A stretch of 62,135 nt of DNA, taken from the sequence record DRR723986_4010; one strand, given 5' to 3'. Each line of letters opens with the position of its first letter. Positions within the stretch are counted from its first letter, which is position 1. The notes under the pieces were generated by a model. The model made no database searches. It worked only from the letters and a program-made list of their open reading frames with translations, and had not been told where the DNA came from. The position numbers and the translations under genes were made by a program. This document shows, in pieces, positions 59,262-62,135 of this stretch.

Positions 59262-59933
59262 ATGCCGCGCTTTGCAGCAGGCGTTGTCCGCTTCCAGAAC
59301 AATGTCTACCCTGAAAAACAGGGACTTTTTGAAGAGCTCAGCAAGGGCCAGTCCCCTGAGGCGCTTTTCATTGCCTGTTCCGACTCCCGCGTCGAAACGG
59401 CCATGATCACCCAGACCGAGCCGGGTGAGCTGTTCATTTGCCGTAATGCCGGCAACATCGTTCCGCCGCATACGGAAAATACCGGCGGCATGACGGCGTC
59501 CATCGAGTATGCGGTCGCCGTCCTGAAAGTTCCGCACATTGTGGTCTGCGGCCACACCGAGTGCGGCGCCATGAAAGGCGCGATGAATCCGGAAGGCCTC
59601 AGCGGCCTGCCGCACGTCGCAAAATGGCTCGGCTACTCCAAGGCTGCCGTGGATGTTGTTGACAGCATCGCTGAAGACGACACCTCCCCGGAAGAGCGCA
59701 TGAGAATGCTGATCCAGCAGAACGTCCTGCTCCAGCTGCAGCACCTGCGCACCCATCCGAGCGTTGCCGCCGCCCTCGCAAAAGGCACGACCGAGCTGCA
59801 TGGCTGGGTCTATGACATCCGCACCGGCGAAGTCGAAGCCTGGGACGAGGCCGAAGGCAAATTCATCACCATCGACTCCCGTTACGCCGCCCAGATCCGC
59901 GAACTCGCGGGCGAACATACCTGCGCGGCATAA
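59262..59933 (+). CDS. Beta-class carbonic anhydrase
   Basis: CSDSR, RNAGN and GHTECGA Zn ligands. Confidence 0.96.
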   Translation: MPRFAAGVVRFQNNVYPEKQGLFEELSKGQSPEALFIACSDSRVETAMITQTEPGELFICRNAGNIVPPHTENTGGMTASIEYAVAVLKVPHIVVCGHTECGAMKGAMNPEGLSGLPHVAKWLGYSKAAVDVVDSIAEDDTSPEERMRMLIQQNVLLQLQHLRTHPSVAAALAKGTTELHGWVYDIRTGEVEAWDEAEGKFITIDSRYAAQIRELAGEHTCAA

Positions 59934-59962
59934 CCGGGTCCTGACAGAACGGATCCAGACAT

Positions 59963-61633
59963 ATGTCTTCTTCCAAAACTGCTGCGCCCGGCGGGCGCAG
60001 CCCCTTCTTTGATCTCTCGAACATGAGAGGCGACCTGTTCGGCGGCCTGACCGCCGGCATCGTCGCCCTGCCGCTGGCGCTTGCCTTCGGTGAAGCCTCG
60101 GGCGCCGGCCCCATCGCGGGCCTCTGGGGCGCCATTTTCGTTGGTTTCTTCGCTGCCATCTTCGGCGGCACCGGCTCGCAGGTCTCCGGCCCGACCGGCC
60201 CGATGGTCGTCGTCTTCGCCGGCCTTTATGCGGCGCTCGGCGGCAACCCGACGCTGGTCTTCGCGGCCGTCGTCCTTGCCGGTATCCTGCAGATCGGGTT
60301 CGGCGTGCTGAAGTTCGGCCAGTACGTGAAACTGGTGCCCTACCCGGTGATCTCCGGCTTCATGAGCGGCATCGGCGTGATCATCATCGCGCTGCAGCTC
60401 TCCCGCCTGTTCGGCCACGAGCCTGACGGCGGCGGCACCATCCCGGCGTTCACAGCGGTGCCCGGCGCCGTGATGGACCCGAACCTGATCGCCGTCGGCA
60501 TAGCCGCGATGACGCTGTTCATCGTCTTCACCTGGCCGAAGAAATTCGCCGCTTACGTCCCCGGCCCCCTCGCGGCGCTGGTGATTGGTACGGTGGTCAG
60601 CCTCTTCATTCCGGGCGCGCCTGTGCTGGGCGACATCCCGACTGGCCTGCCGCAGTTCGTCCTGCCGACCTTCAGCACGGATACGGCCCTCGTGGTGCTC
60701 GAAGCCGCCTTCATCCTGGCGGTCCTCGGCTCCATCGACAGCCTGCTGACCTCGCTGGTCGCCGACAACATGACGCGGACACGCCATGACTCCGACAAGG
60801 AGCTGATCGGCCAGGGTGTCGGTAACACGATCGCCGGCATGTTCGGCGCCATTCCGGGTGCCGGTGCAACGATGCGGACCGTGATCAACATTCGTTCGGG
60901 CGGCCGCACCCGCATCTCCGGCGCGACCCATGCGCTCGTGCTGCTGGCCATCGTGCTCAGCCTCGGCCCGCTCGCCTCGCAGATCCCGCACGCCGTGCTG
61001 GCCGGTATCCTGGTGAAGGTCGGCTTCGACACGATCGACATGTCCTACATCAAGCGTGCCCACAAAGGCCCGCGCTGGGACCTGGCCCTGATGGTGCTGG
61101 TGCTTGGCCTGACGGTCTTCGTCGACCTGATCACGGCTGTGGCCGTCGGTGTGGTCCTCGCGGCCCTCGCCTTCATCAAGAAGCTGGCTGACGACCAGAT
61201 CGCTTCTGTGCAGCATGAAGCACCGCCCCAATCCAGCGAAGAGGAAGTGACCCTTCTCTCCCGCTGCGGCGGCCGGGTGATGCTGTTCGACTTCGGTGGC
61301 CCGCTCAGCTTCGGCGCAGCGGCGGATCTTGGCCACCATGTCCGCAGCCGGGCTGGCGACAAGGTCGAGATCATCGTGCTGGACTTTGCCCGCGTGCCCT
61401 TCATCGACGTCTCCGCCGTCCGCGCGGTCGAGACGATCATCGAAGACGCAAACGACGCCGGCAAGGATGTCTACTTCACCGGCATGAGTGAGGAGGTCGA
61501 AGCCGTCCTCCACCGCTTCGCCGCCGACCAGGTGCCGGGCAGTGAGGATAAGCGTTTCGGCAAGCGCCGCGACGCCCTCACCGCTGCCCTCACCCGCCTA
61601 GATGAGAAGCCGACCCCCGTACCGGCCGAATAA
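59963..61633 (+). CDS. SulP/SLC26 anion (probably bicarbonate) transporter with STAS domain
   Basis: GIVALPLALAF, SGPTGPM, GATMRT and STAS (FIDVSA) motifs. Confidence 0.93.
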   Translation: MSSSKTAAPGGRSPFFDLSNMRGDLFGGLTAGIVALPLALAFGEASGAGPIAGLWGAIFVGFFAAIFGGTGSQVSGPTGPMVVVFAGLYAALGGNPTLVFAAVVLAGILQIGFGVLKFGQYVKLVPYPVISGFMSGIGVIIIALQLSRLFGHEPDGGGTIPAFTAVPGAVMDPNLIAVGIAAMTLFIVFTWPKKFAAYVPGPLAALVIGTVVSLFIPGAPVLGDIPTGLPQFVLPTFSTDTALVVLEAAFILAVLGSIDSLLTSLVADNMTRTRHDSDKELIGQGVGNTIAGMFGAIPGAGATMRTVINIRSGGRTRISGATHALVLLAIVLSLGPLASQIPHAVLAGILVKVGFDTIDMSYIKRAHKGPRWDLALMVLVLGLTVFVDLITAVAVGVVLAALAFIKKLADDQIASVQHEAPPQSSEEEVTLLSRCGGRVMLFDFGGPLSFGAAADLGHHVRSRAGDKVEIIVLDFARVPFIDVSAVRAVETIIEDANDAGKDVYFTGMSEEVEAVLHRFAADQVPGSEDKRFGKRRDALTAALTRLDEKPTPVPAE

Positions 61634-61663
61634 CAGGATAGACCCCCGTTCCTGACCTTTTCA

Positions 61664-61700
61664 CCCCGCGCCTCCTCTCTCCAGGCGCGGGGCTTTTTTT
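61664..61700 (+). terminator. Intrinsic terminator
   Basis: CCCCGCGCCT...AGGCGCGGGG-C-T7. Confidence 0.85.
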
Positions 61701-61914
61701 GCGCGGAGTTCCCCCGAAATTCCCCCAATAATCCCCTTGGCCTCCCCCCCTTCCCTAAGAAGGCCGCAATTCCTATCTATACTCGAGCGCGATGAAACTC
61801 ATGCGCATTCCGGTACAAGACGCCGCCGCCAGACGGGGCTAAACAGGTCCGGACATTCCAAATTGGAACCATCGCCGGTTTCACGGGATAGGTTCCGGAA
61901 GGAGGATTTTAGAT

Positions 61915-62135
61915 ATGGCAAACAAGATTGCTGCCAGTACGAGTATGACGCTGAGCCCGGAACAGGGCCTCAGCCGCTATCTCACCGAAATTCGCAAATT
62001 TCCGATGCTCGAAAAGAATGAGGAGTTCATGCTGGCCCGGCGCTGGCGCGAGCAGGAAGACACTGAAGCCGCCGAGAAGATGGTGACATCCCACCTTCGC
62101 CTCGTGGCCAAGATCGCCATGGGCTATCGCGGCTA
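61915..62135 (+). CDS. rpoH: RNA polymerase sigma-32 factor, N-terminal part (runs off window)
   Basis: GGAGG RBS; GLSRYLTEIRKFPML...VTSHLRLVAKIAMGYRG. Confidence 0.93.
   Translation, partial: MANKIAASTSMTLSPEQGLSRYLTEIRKFPMLEKNEEFMLARRWREQEDTEAAEKMVTSHLRLVAKIAMGYRG

Noticed and set aside
61735-61785. Sigma32 autoregulatory promoter of rpoH
   Set aside because: The CCTATCTA -10-like element is present, but there is no properly spaced CTTGAA -35, so it is not supportable.

Overview
A 62 kb GC-rich alphaproteobacterial chromosomal segment. Gene content and regulatory motifs suggest Hyphomonadaceae/Caulobacterales, but this is inference. It carries about 57 protein genes and no recognisable tRNA, rRNA, CRISPR array, IS or prophage. 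Housekeeping genes include putA (partial), ornithine decarboxylase, murI, thiolase, fused IOR, class I lysS, bfd-bfr, acyl-CoA dehydrogenases, ilvE, MarR-OmpR-EnvZ, zapE and rpoH (partial). Accessory modules include copAB with a CXXC leader gene, an RND pump plus M13 peptidase, a lipoprotein serpin, XRE/TetR modules, a photolyase-like gene, a UrcA-like gene and a carbonic anhydrase-SulP operon. The strongest leads are regulatory. (1) A divergent photolyase/cryptochrome has a LexA box over its promoter, is probably leaderless, and ends in a beta-clamp-like motif. (2) An OxyR paralog has Arg in place of the peroxidatic Cys and sits divergent from beta-CA/SulP, with a multibranch 5' leader. (3) A DUF2946/CruR-like CXXC...GPP leader precedes copAB. 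(4) A 21-bp palindromic operator is shared by the RND operon and the UrcA locus. All calls come from reading the sequence and ORF translations; no searches were run.
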